Made by a program: the position numbers and the translations under genes. Of a stretch of DNA of 64,000 bases, positions 38,757 to 53,289 are shown piece by piece (the first letter of the stretch is position 1; every line of letters begins with the position of its first letter). The stretch comes from the human T2T-CHM13v2.0 reference genome, Homo sapiens. The DNA is taken from assembly GCF_009914755.1 (NCBI RefSeq), contig NC_060931.1. One strand, 5' to 3'. The notes under the pieces are model-generated. The model searched no databases, had not been told where the DNA came from, and worked only from the letters and a program-made list of their open reading frames with translations.

Positions 38757-41700
38757 ATCCTTCCTCACCCAGACAACCCACAGACCCCAAGTCCACCCTC
38801 ACCCAGGATGACGCACAGACCCCAAGTCCACCCTCACCCAGGATGACGCACAGACCCCACATCCACCCTCACCCAGGACGACGCACAGACCCCACATCCA
38901 CCCACACCCAGGACGACGCACAGACCCCACATCCACCCTCACCCAGGACGACGCACAGACCCCACATCCACCCTCACCCAGGACGACGCACAGACCCCAC
39001 ATCCACCCTCACCCAGGACGACGCACAGACCCCACATCCACCCACACCCAGGACGACGCACAGACCCCACATCCACCCTCACCCAGGACGACGCACAGAC
39101 CCCACATCCACCCACACCCAGGACGACGCACAGACTCCACGTTCCACCCTCACCCAGGACGACGCACAGACCCCACATCCACCCACACCCAGGACGACGC
39201 ACAGACTCCACGTTCCACCCTCACCCAGGACGACGCACAGACCCCACATCCACCCTCACCCAGGACGACGCACAGACCCCACATCCACCCTCACCCAGGA
39301 CGACGCACAGACCCCACATCCACCCACACCCAGGATGACGCACAGACCCCACATCCACCCTCACCCAGGACGACGCACAGACCCCACATCCACCCACACC
39401 CAGGACGACGCACAGACCCCACATCCACCCACACCCAGGACGACGCACAGACCCCACATCCACCCACACCCAGGACGACGCACAGACCCCACATCCACCC
39501 ACACCCAGGACGACGCACAGACCCCACATCCACCCACACCCAGGACGACGCACAGACCCCACATCCACCCACACCCAGGACGACGCACAGACTCCACGTT
39601 CCACCCTCACCCAGGATGACGCACAGACCCCACATCCACCCACACCCAGGACGACGCACAGACCCCACATCCACCCTCACCCAGGACGACGCACAGACCC
39701 CACATCCACCCTCACCCAGGACGACGCACAGACCCCACATCCACCCACACCCAGGACGACGCACAGACCCCACATCCACCCACACCCAGGACGACGCACA
39801 GACTCCACATCCACCCACACCCAGGACGACGCACAGACCCCACATCCACCCACACCCAGGACGACGCACAGACCCCACATCCACCCACACCCAGGACGAC
39901 GCACAGACCCCACATCCACCCACACCCAGGACGACGCACAGACTCCACGTTCCACCCTCACCCAGGACGACGCACAGACTCCACGTTCCACCCTCACCCA
40001 GGACGACGCACAGACCCCAAGTCCACCCTCACCCAGGACGACGCACAGACCCCACATCCACCCTCACCCAGGACGACGCACAGACCCCACATCCACCCTC
40101 ACCCAGGACGACGCACAGACCCCACATCCACCCTCACCCAGGACGACGCACAGACCCCACATCCACCCTCACCCAGGACGACGCACAGACCCCACATCCA
40201 CCCACACCCAGGACGACGCACAGACCCCACATCCACCCACACCCAGGATGACGCACAGACCCCACATCCACCCTCACCCAGGACGACGCACAGACCCCAC
40301 ATCCACCCTCACCCAGGATGACGCACAGACCCCACATCCACCCTCACCCAGGACGACGCACAGACCCCACATCCACCCTCACCCAGGATGACGCACAGAC
40401 CCCACATCCACCCACACCCAGGACGACGCACAGACCCCACATCCACCCTCACCCAGGACGACGCACAGACCCCACATCCACCCTCACCCAGGATGACGCA
40501 CAGACTCCACATCCACCCTCACCCAGGACGACGCACAGACCCCACATCCACCCTCACCCAGGACGACGCACAGACTCCACATCCACCCACACCCAGGATG
40601 ACGCACAGACCCCACATCCACCCTCATCCTGGCAACCCACAGACCCCGCGTCCACCCTCACCCAGGACGACGCACAGACCCCACATCCACCCTCACCCAG
40701 GACGACGCACAGACCCCACATCCACCCTCACCCAGGACGACGCACAGACCCCACATCCACCCACACCCAGGACGACGCACAGACCCCACATCCACCCTCA
40801 CCCAGGACGACGCACAGACCCCACATCCACCCTCACCCAGGACGACGCACAGACCCCACATCCACCCTCACCCAGGACGATGCACAGACCCCACATCCAC
40901 CCTCACCCAGGACGACGCACAGACCCCACATCCACCCTCACCCAGGACGATGCACAGACCCCACATCCACCCTCACCCAGGATGACGCACAGACTCCACA
41001 TCCACCCTCACCCAGGACGACGCACAGACCCCACATCCACCCTCACCCAGGACGACGCACAGACCCCACATCCACCCACACCCAGGATGACGCACAGACC
41101 CCACATCCACCCTCATCCTGGCAACCCACAGACCCCGCGTCCACCCTCACCCAGGACGACGCACAGACCCCACATCCACCCTCACCCAGGATGACGCACA
41201 GACCCCACATCCACCCTCACCCAGGACGACGCACAGACCCCACATCCACCCACACCCAGGACGACGCACAGACCCCACATCCACCCTCACCCAGGACGAC
41301 GCACAGACCCCACATCCACCCTCACCCAGGACGACGCACAGACCCCACATCCACCCTCACCCAGGATGACGCACAGACCCCACATCCACCCTCATCCTGG
41401 CAACCCACAGACCCCGCGTCCACCCTCACCCAGGACGACGCACAGACCCCACATCCACCCACACCCAGGACGACGCACAGACCCCACATCCACCCACACC
41501 CAGGACGACGCACAGACCCCACATCCACCCTCACCCAGGACGACGCACAGACCCCACATCCACCCTCACCCAGGACGACGCACAGACCCCACATCCACCC
41601 TCACCCAGGACGACGCACAGACCCCACATCCACCCACACCCAGGACGACGCACAGACCCCACATCCACCCTCACCCAGGACGACGCACAGACCCCACATC

Positions 41701-42535
41701 CACCCACACCCAGGACGACGCACAGACCCCACATCCACCCTCACCCAGGACGACGCACAGACCCCACATCCACCCTCACCCAGGATGACGCACAGACCCC
41801 ACATCCACCCTCATCCTGGCAACCCACAGACCCCGCGTCCACCCTCACCCAGGACGACGCACAGACCCCACATCCACCCACACCCAGGACGACGCACAGA
41901 CCCCACATCCACCCACACCCAGGACGACGCACAGACCCCACATCCACCCTCACCCAGGACGACGCACAGACCCCACATCCACCCTCACCCAGGACGACGC
42001 ACAGACCCCACATCCACCCTCACCCAGGACGACGCACAGACCCCACATCCACCCACACCCAGGACGACGCACAGACCCCACATCCACCCTCACCCAGGAC
42101 GACGCACAGACCCCACATCCACCCTCACCCAGGATGACGCACAGACCCCACATCCACCCTCACCCAGGATGACGCACAGACCCCACATCCACCCTCATCC
42201 TGGCAACCCACAGACCCCGCGTCCACCCTCACCCAGGACGACGCACAGACCCCACATCCACCCTCACCCAGGATGACGCACAGACCCCACATCCACCCTC
42301 ATCCTGGCAACCCACAGACCCCGCGTCCACCCTCACCCAGGATGACGCACAGACCCCACATCCACCCTCATCCTGGCAACCCACAGACCCCACATCCACC
42401 CTCACCCAGGATGACGCACAGACCCCACATCCACCCACACCCTGGCAACCCACAGACTCCACGTTCCACCCTCACCCAGGATGACGCACAGACGCCATGT
42501 CCACCCCTCCCCAGGACAACCCACAGACTCTTCAT
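38757..42535. repeat. 35-bp CpG-rich VNTR, ~108 copies (~3.8 kb)
   Basis: CCCACATCCACCCWCACCCAGGAYGACGCACAGAC; period 35. Confidence 0.99.
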
Positions 42536-44304
42536 CCATCCTTGCCCAGACCCCATCACAGCTGGCTGGAGAAGGACGCTGTGTAAACCTCTTTTGCTCT
42601 TTCTTGCTGCTCAGCCCATCCACACCTGGCAGAAATCCCCACTGCCCAGTTCCACTGAAGCCCTGGGCTCCAATATTCAGACCTGAGACCCAAACAGCCC
42701 TCCAGAGAGAGCTGAGCCACAGACGATCTGGAGCCCCGGAGCCAGCCCTGCCCTCAGGACAGGCTGTTAGCAGATGCCCACCATGGACCTTGGGGGCACT
42801 CCCGGACCCTCCTGGGGGATCCTAGGCAGGCATGGATCTGTGTTCCCCCAACACAGATACCAACAAGGGCCCCAGGAAGGTCAGTGCCTGGAGCCAGGTG
42901 TGGGCTCACCTTCACCACAGATGGTCTGGCTGGGGCAGGCCCTCCTGAGAACCTGAGCCGGCACTGCCCAGTCCTCACTGTGTCTCTGCCTGAGCCCTGC
43001 CTCTCCCTCATCCCCCTCTTCCCAGCTCTTCCCGCTGAGCCTGGACCCTGCCTATGGAGCTCATCCGCGCTTCTCTCCTCCTTCCGCTTCTTGGCCCTGA
43101 ATCCCAGCCCCTTCCCCATCGTGGGTTCCATCTTTCCTCCGTCTCTCTGTCACTCATCCCGTCCCTGCACCTGTGCTACCATCAACCTCCCAGCCTGGGC
43201 CTCTTTTCCATCAACAAACAGCCCAGCCCAGACTAGAAATGCAGAGAAGCCACAGCTGCACCAGCAGGCACCACCTTTCCTGGACCTCCATCGCCCCAGC
43301 TCTCCTAACTCAGCTCTGGGCTGTCCAGAGGAGGAGGCGGAAGAGGCCGCCCCTGCCCGCCCGGCCTCAGCCTGGTGTCTCCCAAGGCCAGCACTGTCCT
43401 GTGTGGCAAGAGGATGAAGGGACAGAGCCCCTGTGCCCGGCACTTTCCTCAGGCCACCCTGGCCCCAAAGCACAGGAAGAAAAAAATGTCCACAACTCAT
43501 TTACTCAGAGAGAGAGAAGAAAAATTTGACTTTATTTGTAATTAAAGATGGCCTAATTAAGGCAATGTGACAATTCTGCCCATCAGACCTCAGAAAGGCA
43601 AAGGACTTTGTGGGATAACTCAGGTTGCTGGTGAATGACATGGACTCATCTACATTTTGTTGGGCACAAATTAGGTGTCCCCTCTACAAGGGACAAATTT
43701 GCAACTTGACTGAAGTTTTAAAATGGCCAAGCCCCAGGAGCCCCAGTTTCTCTGCTAAAGATATATTCTAAGGAGATAACTGGATGTGCGTATAAAACCG
43801 TAAGTCAGGTTTGTCCATCACAACCACCTCATCCTGGTGAAAATGCAGAGAATCAGGGAACTCGAGTCCAGATGAGAGGTAGTGGAGAAGGAAGGCAGGG
43901 GTCTGAAAGCCCTGCAGATTTCCAAGGGTTAGTGTTCACTTCTGGGGCCCAAACATCCCAGGGGCAGTAGCCCCAAAGCCCCAGATGGGACTGGCTCAGT
44001 CACCGTCCCTCTGGGGACCTTGAGTCAGAATTAAGAGTCAGAATTAAAGAGAAGTCTGAAAACGACGCCACTGGAGACACAATCGCAATTCAGGCCACCA
44101 TGTTGTAGGTGGCCCTGGTCCCCATGATCCGTGGAACAGAGGCGGCCCCAGGTGTCTCCGCAGGATTATGCACCGCACGTCATGAGCCGAGGGGGACAGG
44201 ACCCGTGGAGCACCACTCTCGAAAGCCCTTTCCCTGGGGCCAGATGGCCAGCACCATGGACAGCAGCTCGCCAGCCTTCGCTGAGCCTCCACCAGAGAGG
44301 CAAG

Positions 44305-44470
44305 GGGAGGACACTAGGGAGGCCAGGAGAGGCTACGGGAGGACGCTCGGGAGGCCACGAGAGGCTACAGGAGGATGCTTGGGAGGCCATGAGAGGCTAT
44401 GGGAGGACGCTCAGGTGCTCGCGGAGGCCCTGAGAAGCTATGGGAGGATGCTCGGTTGCTTGGGGAGGCC
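44305..44470. repeat. 32-bp imperfect minisatellite, ~4-5 copies
   Basis: GGGAGGCCANGAGAGGCTAY...GGAGGAYGCT at 44317, 44349, 44381. Confidence 0.8.
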
Positions 44471-45224
44471 GCCTCCTCCAGAGCCTCTGGAACTAAGTCA
44501 CACCCACGCTGGAACCACTGCGAGCCCAATTTCGGAAAAAACAAAACATACAAGTGAAACTCAGCCCACAGCTCTGAATTCATTCTCTGACCAGAGAGGT
44601 CCTGCAGCCCCGTCGAAGCCTGCACACAATTCCTGGTGAGCGCTTTCCTGACCACCTGACCTGGAAGGGCCTCACCCAGTCTTGATCGTCACATTTCCCA
44701 GACAAACATAAAATCGTGCCTGCCTAGGAGAGAACCGCGCATGCTGATACAGTGAGACAGGCAGGGTGCCAGAACTCCGAGGTGAGACACTTAGGGTGTC
44801 CCAGGGCGCTCGGCCCCCAGAGCTCTGAGGTGAGAGAGCCAGGAGAGGTCGGGAGGGGGCGGGGCACAGGCCTGGGAAGCGGCTGGCCTGCAGCTCAGGA
44901 ACCCCAGTGTCTGGGTCTCCACGGATGCCTCTGGCAGGTCAGGGAGAGGAGGTGGCCGATGGAGAGAGTGGATGGAGGAGTCTCTGGTGATGATCACAGT
45001 GGACTAGAATATGACAGAAAAGGGGACTTCAGGCTGGCAGACAACCACACACACACATGCACAGACACACATGCACATGGGGAGACACACACACGCTTCC
45101 CCAGACATCGCCTCCTGCCGGACGCTGTTTCATTCTTCTCTTTGAAAGGCGAACGATGAGGCAGTCAGTGACCTTCTAGCCAATGGGGCTTTGGGAACCA
45201 AATCAATTCCTTAAGACCAAAAAC

Positions 45225-45566
45225 CCTGCCTCTCACCATGCTTCCCCCAGCAGGGTCTGCAGAGCCCCCATCCTCACTTCATCTGCCTCTCGCCATGCTT
45301 CCCACAGCAGGGTCTGCAGAACCCCCATCCTCACTTCACCTGCCTCTCGCCATGCTTCCCCCAGCAAGGTCTGCAGAGCCCCCATCCTCACTTCACCTGC
45401 CTCTTGCCATGCTTCCCACAGCAGGGTCTGCAGAGCCCCCATCCTCACTTCACCTGCCTCTCGCCATGCTTCCCCCAGCAGGGTATGCAGAGCCCCCATC
45501 CTCACTTCACCTGCCTCTCGCCATGCTTCCCACAGCAGGGTATGCAGAGCCCCCATCCTCACTTCG
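45225..45566. repeat. 57-bp VNTR, 6 copies
   Basis: CCTGCCTCTCGCCATGCTTCCCMCAGCAGGGTCTGCAGAGCCCCCATCCTCACTTCA. Confidence 0.97.
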
Positions 45567-46704
45567 TATTCAGGTAAGTGTGACCAAGAATGTCTCTTTT
45601 TCTGGTTTATAAATCAATTTTTTAAAGATCTCCTAAGATCTGAGAATACAAGCAAAGAGACAGTCACATGTAAGCTTAATAATGAGGTTCATATTAAAGG
45701 CAGACAGATGTTCAATTAAACATCAGACTTCACGCTGACACGCTGAGAGTGAGGATCTCCATGCATAATTCTCCGTCCCACCCCAGATCCCGGGAGTTTT
45801 GATCACACAGCTGGGAAGTCATCATCCAAGCCTCGGATGTGTTTGTGGGGCATCGTCTATAGCCGGGGCTCCTCCCCTCTCTCTGTCCACACACACAGGT
45901 CTCCAGGCATGTTTACCTCTAAATACACACCCTGCCAAGGACTGTGGCCTGGAAAGTCATAGGCACTTGACTTCTACCAAAAAAGAAATAACGGAACGGC
46001 ATGAGAATGGTCACACCTGAGCAGGCAGCTAACAGCAACAGGTTCACTACACACAACCACCCTTGCACATATGCGTGTGCACCCACAACACACACATTCA
46101 CACACACACGCATGTGCACACACAACACATACATACATTCATACAGACACACACGTTCTCACCCTAAAGTCATGGTCAAATTGGGTGGTTTACTCCACAC
46201 TATTTTAATAAATAGCCTTCACTCTTCAGACACAATCTGAAAAAACCCCAGACTCGAAAGCGTTTCCCATAACTCAGGACAAGGAATCACGCAAGTGGGA
46301 AACCGTCCTTGCGAGCGCCTCACGTGAGCCACAGTCACCGCACAAAGTCTCCATCGCGTTGGACGGTCCGTGGGAATTTCTCAGGGCTCCGGAGGCCAGC
46401 GGGGCTGGAGGCAGACCTCATCGGCACTTCTGACAACGGCAATTTTTGTGCTCCTCACAACCAACGAGGGTGTGATTTTTCCCATCTGTCTTCCCTTCCT
46501 CACCCCTCCCTTCCCCTTCTCTTCCCTTTGTCTCTCCTCCCTCTCTTCCTACAAAAGAAATCACATGACATCGATTCCCTGATATTCAGATCAATCAGCT
46601 GGAGTGACAGGAAACACGTTCGCTCCCATTGGAAACAGCACGTGCTCCAGCAGAGCTCAGGTGTTGTTGAAGCCCGTTAGAACTGGCATGCGTGGAGTCT
46701 GCTC

Positions 46705-47610
46705 CCATGCATGCATGCACACGCACACACACCCACAGCATCCCTGGGAGAAGCCGCAGCCCAATGCACACGCACACACACAGCATCCCTGGGAGAAGCG
46801 GCAGCCCAATGCACACATGCACACGCACACACACCCACACACACACAGCATCCCTGGGAGAAGCCAAAGCCCAGTGCACACGTGCATACACACACACACA
46901 CCCACACACACACAGCATCCCTGGGAGAAGCCGCAGCCCAGTGCATGCGTGCACACACACACACACACACACACACACAGCATCCCTGGGAGAAGCCGCA
47001 GCCCAATGCACGCGTGCACACACACACACACACTGCATCCCTGGGAGAAGCCACAGCCCAATGCACACATGCACATGCACACATGCACACACACCCACAG
47101 CATCCCTGGGAGAAGCTGCAGCCCAATGCACGTGTGCAAATACACACACACACAGCATCCCTAGAAGCTGCAGCCCAATGCACGCGTGCACACACACACG
47201 CGCACACACACAGCATCCCTAGAAGCTGCAGCCCAATGCACGCGTGCACATGCACACACACCCACACACCCACAGCATCCCTGGGAGAAGCTGCAGCCCA
47301 ATGCACGTGTGCAAATGCACACACACACACAGCATCCCTAGAAGCTGCAGCCCAATGCACGCATGCACATGCACACACACCCACACACCCACAGCATCCC
47401 TGGGAGAAGCTGCAGCCCAATGCACGTGTGCAAATGCACACACACACCCACAGCATCCCCGGGAGAAGCCACAGCCCAATGCACGCGTGCAAACGCACAC
47501 ACACCCACACCCACAGCATCCCTGGGAGAAGCCACAGCCCAATGCACGCGTGCACACGCACACACACCCACACACCCACAGCATCCCTGGGAGAAGCTGC
47601 AGCACATGTG
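46705..47610. repeat. Composite minisatellite: conserved ~30-bp core separated by variable CA/TGCA tracts, ~15 units
   Basis: CAGCATCCCTGGGAGAAGCYGCAGCCCAATGCA cores at ~46736, 46781, 46846, 46913, 46978 ... 47579. Confidence 0.95.
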
Positions 47611-49985
47611 TAAGCTGCCAATACCCTGCACACGGCTCTGTGACTGGAGATAATGAGGAATCGCCATGGCAACCCGGGAACAAGCCCACAGCGCCTTGTT
47701 TCCCCGAACGCAGAGCCCCAGCAGCCCCTCCATCCACCGAGACATACACGGCTGGAAGGACGTGGTGCTGCGGACCATGGGTGGTTCTTCTGCCACATTT
47801 GCTGGGACTTGTCCTAAGGACATTTTCAATTTCTGAAATCAGTCGCCATTGACGGCCAGGGTTCTCATTCCTGAATTTTTGTCTTTGCTTCTGGTTACCA
47901 GAGATCCAAAGCTGCAGTCGTTTAGCTGGTTTCTGTTTCCAGGGGTATTGTGAATGGAAATAAACCATGAAAATGACCGAAGACGTCACAAGGAAAGCAA
48001 ATAGGATTTAAAACAGCAAAGCGGTGCCTTTGCCAATTCCAGGGAGTGTTTCTGCTACATAACCCTGTCTGTGCTGGGCAGTGCCGCTCCCGTGCACCCA
48101 GGACTGGAAAAGCATAGCTTAGGGGTTCAGGGGAGAAACAGTGACCTCTGCATCAGAAAAGTCCTAGATAAGTTGCCAGGAAAGGCAACAGCACCTGGAA
48201 TGAGAGACAAGCTCAGGACTCGTGCCCCAGGCTGCAGGGACACCCACAGAGCTGACTTCTCCTCGGTCAACCAGCCCCCAGTGCTCGGAAGCATCTGGCC
48301 CAGGCACAAGAATGCTCCTGCTGCTACGCCAGCTGAATTGGGAAGTGTGGCGGGGGCACAGATGCCCCAGGTGGACGGCCAGGCCTCTGGTCCACACACA
48401 GGCATTCACTCCCCATGTGGCCATGAGCCCCCGATTCTCCAAGTCCTGTGTTCTCACCTGTAAAATACGGAAGCTATGCTAGACAACTGCTGACTTCCCT
48501 CACCTGAGCTCTGTGGTACTCAGATATCCTCACTGGTGGGAAAGGGAAAGGCCACGGCCATCATGGGCAGGAGGACGCAGTGGTTCACAGGATGGAGGCA
48601 CCAACTGGGAGGCTGGGCGGTGGCACTCACACTGTGCTGGAGTCAGGCTGGCTCCTGGGGAGCACGTCAGTCACCTGCTTAATTCACCATGGGTTAGCTC
48701 TCCGCGGGCGAAGGATGACGAAATTACGTTGTAAGTGAGCCTCAGCATTCTGTCCTTTGGAAATAGCCCCAAGAAGTCTGGGATAAGCTCTATTAATGTT
48801 AGTTTTTTTCCAGAGAGTAAAAAATAAGCTCTTGAACCCATCCATGGCTATCAGAATGAAGGAAAAGTCGTTTGACCTCCTTGGCCCAGAGCCCATCAGA
48901 TGCTCAGTCATTCCCCTCTAAAATGCAACTCTCTCCATAATGAGTTCATTTTCAAAAGATTCAATTATATGGACCGTTTCTCCAGACGGTTTACAAATTT
49001 CAACCATGGCAGCAGCATTTGGGAATGGCTCATCTGCTCCCACCATAACTTAGGGCCATGTTCCTGTTTCAAGACACCAAATTCCTGAGTTTGACTTTCC
49101 CTTCTGCAAGTTTCCCAGAGGAGGAAAACCTTTAAATTGAGCTGAGGAAAGAACAATATTTGACCAGCACCAGAAGTCACCGAGCATTTTAATACAAACC
49201 TTATTGATGAGGCTTTACTGTCCACACCACTGCATATCTAAGTCAGAGAATTTGTCCTGTAATTCCATAACTTCAACAGGGCAAACGTTTACAGTACAGG
49301 TTGATTCTAGAGCCTCCTGCACCGGCCTCCCAGGATATTCGGCAGCAGGCTGAACCCAACTGGAACATCCCTACCAGGAGAGAAGCGGGACCCTGTAACA
49401 GCTGCCACAGCTTCCCTGGGAGGCCCCCGCTTGTGTTGACTTCAGAGAAGCAAATCTTGACTTTTCTTAGCGACTACCTAAAGCTTTCATTACAAACTTT
49501 CTTGAAAAAGAAAAAATGGTATTCCTACCAGCATCACTGGCTGGGCTAGCACTGATCACAGTGATGACCAGGTAGATGAAGTAGGGTTTCCATACATGAT
49601 GGAAGCCGACAGCCACACTTTGAAAAGCTCAGTGTGGACTTTTAGGTGAAGTTCATATGAAACTGTTAGTTCCTGGCCTGGCCCGCCCGCACAGTAAATG
49701 AGAAATGACAGGTGTGGAAGCCAGGAGGCCACTGCTTTGCTGCACAGGGACGTCCAAGGACCAAGGCACAGAGCAGCTGGGGGGCTCCCCAGGGAGGAAG
49801 GACAGCACTCAGCCCCCTCCCCTGCAGGTCCCTCAGAGACCCAAGGCCCAGCTGGGCCCCACCATCCTCGACCCCCCAAGTCTTCCTCCTTGCTGTGGCC
49901 ACACAGAAACTGTAATTTTAGGATGAGAGCTCTGCCAGACAGAGGTGAAGAGGCAGGAATTGTGTGGGGTCCAGAGGAACCAGAG

Positions 49986-50501
49986 TGTGATGGTTAACAC
50001 TGAGTGTCAACTTGATTGGATTGAAGGATGGAAAGTATTGATCCTGGGTGTGTCTGTGAGGGCGTTGCCGAAGGAGATTCACATTTGAGTCAGTGGACTG
50101 GGAGGGGCAGACCCACCCTCAGTCTGGGTGGGCACCATCTAATCAGTCGCTGGCATGGCCAGAATATAAAGCAGGCAGAATATCGTGACAAGACTAGACT
50201 GGCCTAGCCTCCCAGCCTACATCTTTCTCCCATGCTGGATGCTTCTTGCCCTTGAACATTGGACTCCAAGTTCTTCAGCCTTGGGACCTGGACTGGCTCT
50301 CCTTGCAGACAGCCTATTGTGGGACCTCGTGATCATGTGAGTTAATACTTAGTAAACTCCCCTTTATATATATATATATATATATACACATACACACACA
50401 CACACACACACATATATACCTATAAAGTTATATACATACACGTATATGTAACTAATATGATATATATATATCTGCCCCTCTAGAGAACCCTGACTAATAC
50501 A
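49986..50501 (+). mobile_element. Solo ERVL LTR MLT2A (MLT2A2-like) with 5-bp TSD CAGAG and internal (TA)n(CA)n
   Basis: Starts TGTGATGGTTAACACTGAGTGTCAACTTGATTGGATTGAAGG, ends CTAGAGAACCCTGACTAATACA; CAGAG at 49981-49985 and 50502-50506. Confidence 0.93.
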
Positions 50502-51275
50502 CAGAGTGTCCAAAAGTGAATCACTCAACACATGGTGAGGGTGCCGGGGGTCAGAACAGGACCCCCCCAACCTGGGGCCACTGGGCAGATGCTATCAGCA
50601 CCAGGCTGACTTGAGGCCACACATGGCATCTGCCTGAACCGAGAGGAAACGCCTCCCACTGTCCAGTAGAGAAAGTAAAAGGGCCAAGGGGAATCTGCTC
50701 ATTCACCAATCTGTTTATTGGTAAATATCAGCCCTGATTACACATTTCCCGTTATAAGGATAAAAACGTGAAAACATAGTTACAAACATACACAGAGAAA
50801 CTGGAACACTGAAACAGAAAAACCATGTGAGAGCCACAAAATGATTCTGTAGCACGGAAAAGGCAAACCTACATTGAAGGTACAGGAAAATAAATAGGTT
50901 TTAAAAATTACAGTTGGAAACCCATGTAAATTCTAAAAAGCATCTGATTTGTGTTCTCAAATTTAAGAAAATGACAACCATAAAAAGCAAGATAACAGCA
51001 CTCCAGAAGTCCCCGACCTGACTGGGCGGCAGACAGACTGAGAAGGAAGTCTGTGAAGAGGACAGTGTGGTCTCAGCGGGCAGGAGGCCCAGTCAGAAAC
51101 ACCGAGGGCAGAACTGTCCCGGGAAGTCACCTCAGTCACACGAAAGCCACCGTGAACAGGAGCTTAGCTACAGACGATGGGAACGAGGTGATCAACACTG
51201 CAGGAGAAACTGGTGCACGGCGGTGACTGACTGGGGATTTGGCATAAGGACAACTGCCTTTTAAAGGCTGGGAGA

Positions 51276-51900
<625 letters not shown>

Positions 51901-51919
51901 TAAAGGCTGGGAGAACCAG

Positions 51920-53030
51920 AATAAATGAAAGAAAGCAACATGCAAAAGTGGAATACAAAAAAACTTCCACTTCCAAAGATGCTCATCTGAAGATTCAGAG
52001 TTTACTAAATACCACACAAAATTAACAATTTTTAAAACACCCTTACACACAACTGTTTTTGAATTCTAAAGAATCAAACGAACTATCACAATGAAAGAGT
52101 TTTGGTAGAGCAGCCCATTATAAGAAAAAAAGTAAAAAATGTAGCAGCAATTGTCATTTGGGAAATATGAGAAAAAATAATCTCACTCGGTCATAACGAA
52201 AAATTTTCAGATACCTAGGAACAAACTTGACCAGGTATGTGACTGCGCAGGGAAGAAACACGGGCCCACAGTGTGGACAAGGATAACACGGCCAAGTGCC
52301 CCTGACAGCAACATGGATCTCCAATGGCTTAGATGGATTCAAGTAAAACCTTTTTTTGGCAGGAAAAATTTAGGTGAAAAAAAGGAAGGAAAAAATTAGG
52401 TGAATAGTTATCAGATCCTATAATAAGAAAGACTTCCTAAACAAGCAAAGGAAAGCAAAAAAAAAAAAGATTAATTTCACTTCATGAAGATTTAACCTTC
52501 TATTTTTAAATACATGAGAATAAAATATATCCTTATGTTTTGTTTGATTAACATTTGTAACAATTTTACCAATAAAATTCATAAAAGAAAACATAAACTT
52601 AGCATAAGAAATGAAAACCAAAACGAGGAGGCATATTTTCCTACACAATTAAAATTCTTCACTAATAAACATCCACATTGATGACCTTGTGATGCAACAA
52701 GAACCTCACGCTTGAGAGAGGAACTTTATGCAAGTTCTCGGAAGGAAAATTCAGCAACTCTCAAAAATGCACACACCAAGTGACCTAGGAATTTCACTTC
52801 TAGGGGAATGTTCTAAGGAAACGATTCATATGCGGAAAACCGTTCGTTTTCAAAGATGTGCTTACTAAGAATCAGACATTGAGAAACAAAGGAATTTCCA
52901 ACTGTAGGTGAATAATTAAATTACACCACATTAAATATCATATTTATAAAACAGATAACGTGACATGCTCAAGATATAGTACTTATTGAAAAAAGAAATA
53001 TAAACCCATGGATGTAATTTTCTAAAAGGG
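51920..53030 (+). mobile_element. Highly degraded ancient L1 (L1ME-like) pieces
   Basis: A-rich; AGATACCTAGGAACAAACTTGACC and TGACCTAGGAATTTCACTTCTAGG resemble L1 ORF2/3' motifs. Confidence 0.5.
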
Positions 53031-53289
53031 AGAGATGAACCTCACACAGCTGGACGTAGCGCACTCAGCGTCCGTCGTGGCCCCGGGGATGAGGTTCTGT
53101 GAGTCACGCCACAGACACCCTCTGCCATCAGCCCTCCTGGGCGCTGGCTGTGTGCGGAAGACCCCCTCGCAGGGCCACACCTTCCGGGGATGAGCACTTC
53201 TGGCTGAGCACTGCAGGCACAGAGGGAGGCTTGCCCCGAGCCCCAGCAGCTCAAACAGGTCCCCGTGGAGTCTCACCTGCCCACCCCGT

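Noticed and set aside
38735-42686. Long ORFs up to 652 aa (THRPHIHPHPGRRTDPTSTLTQDDAQ repeats)
   Set aside because: Translations of the 35-bp VNTR cycling through frames; no unique coding sequence or splice context.
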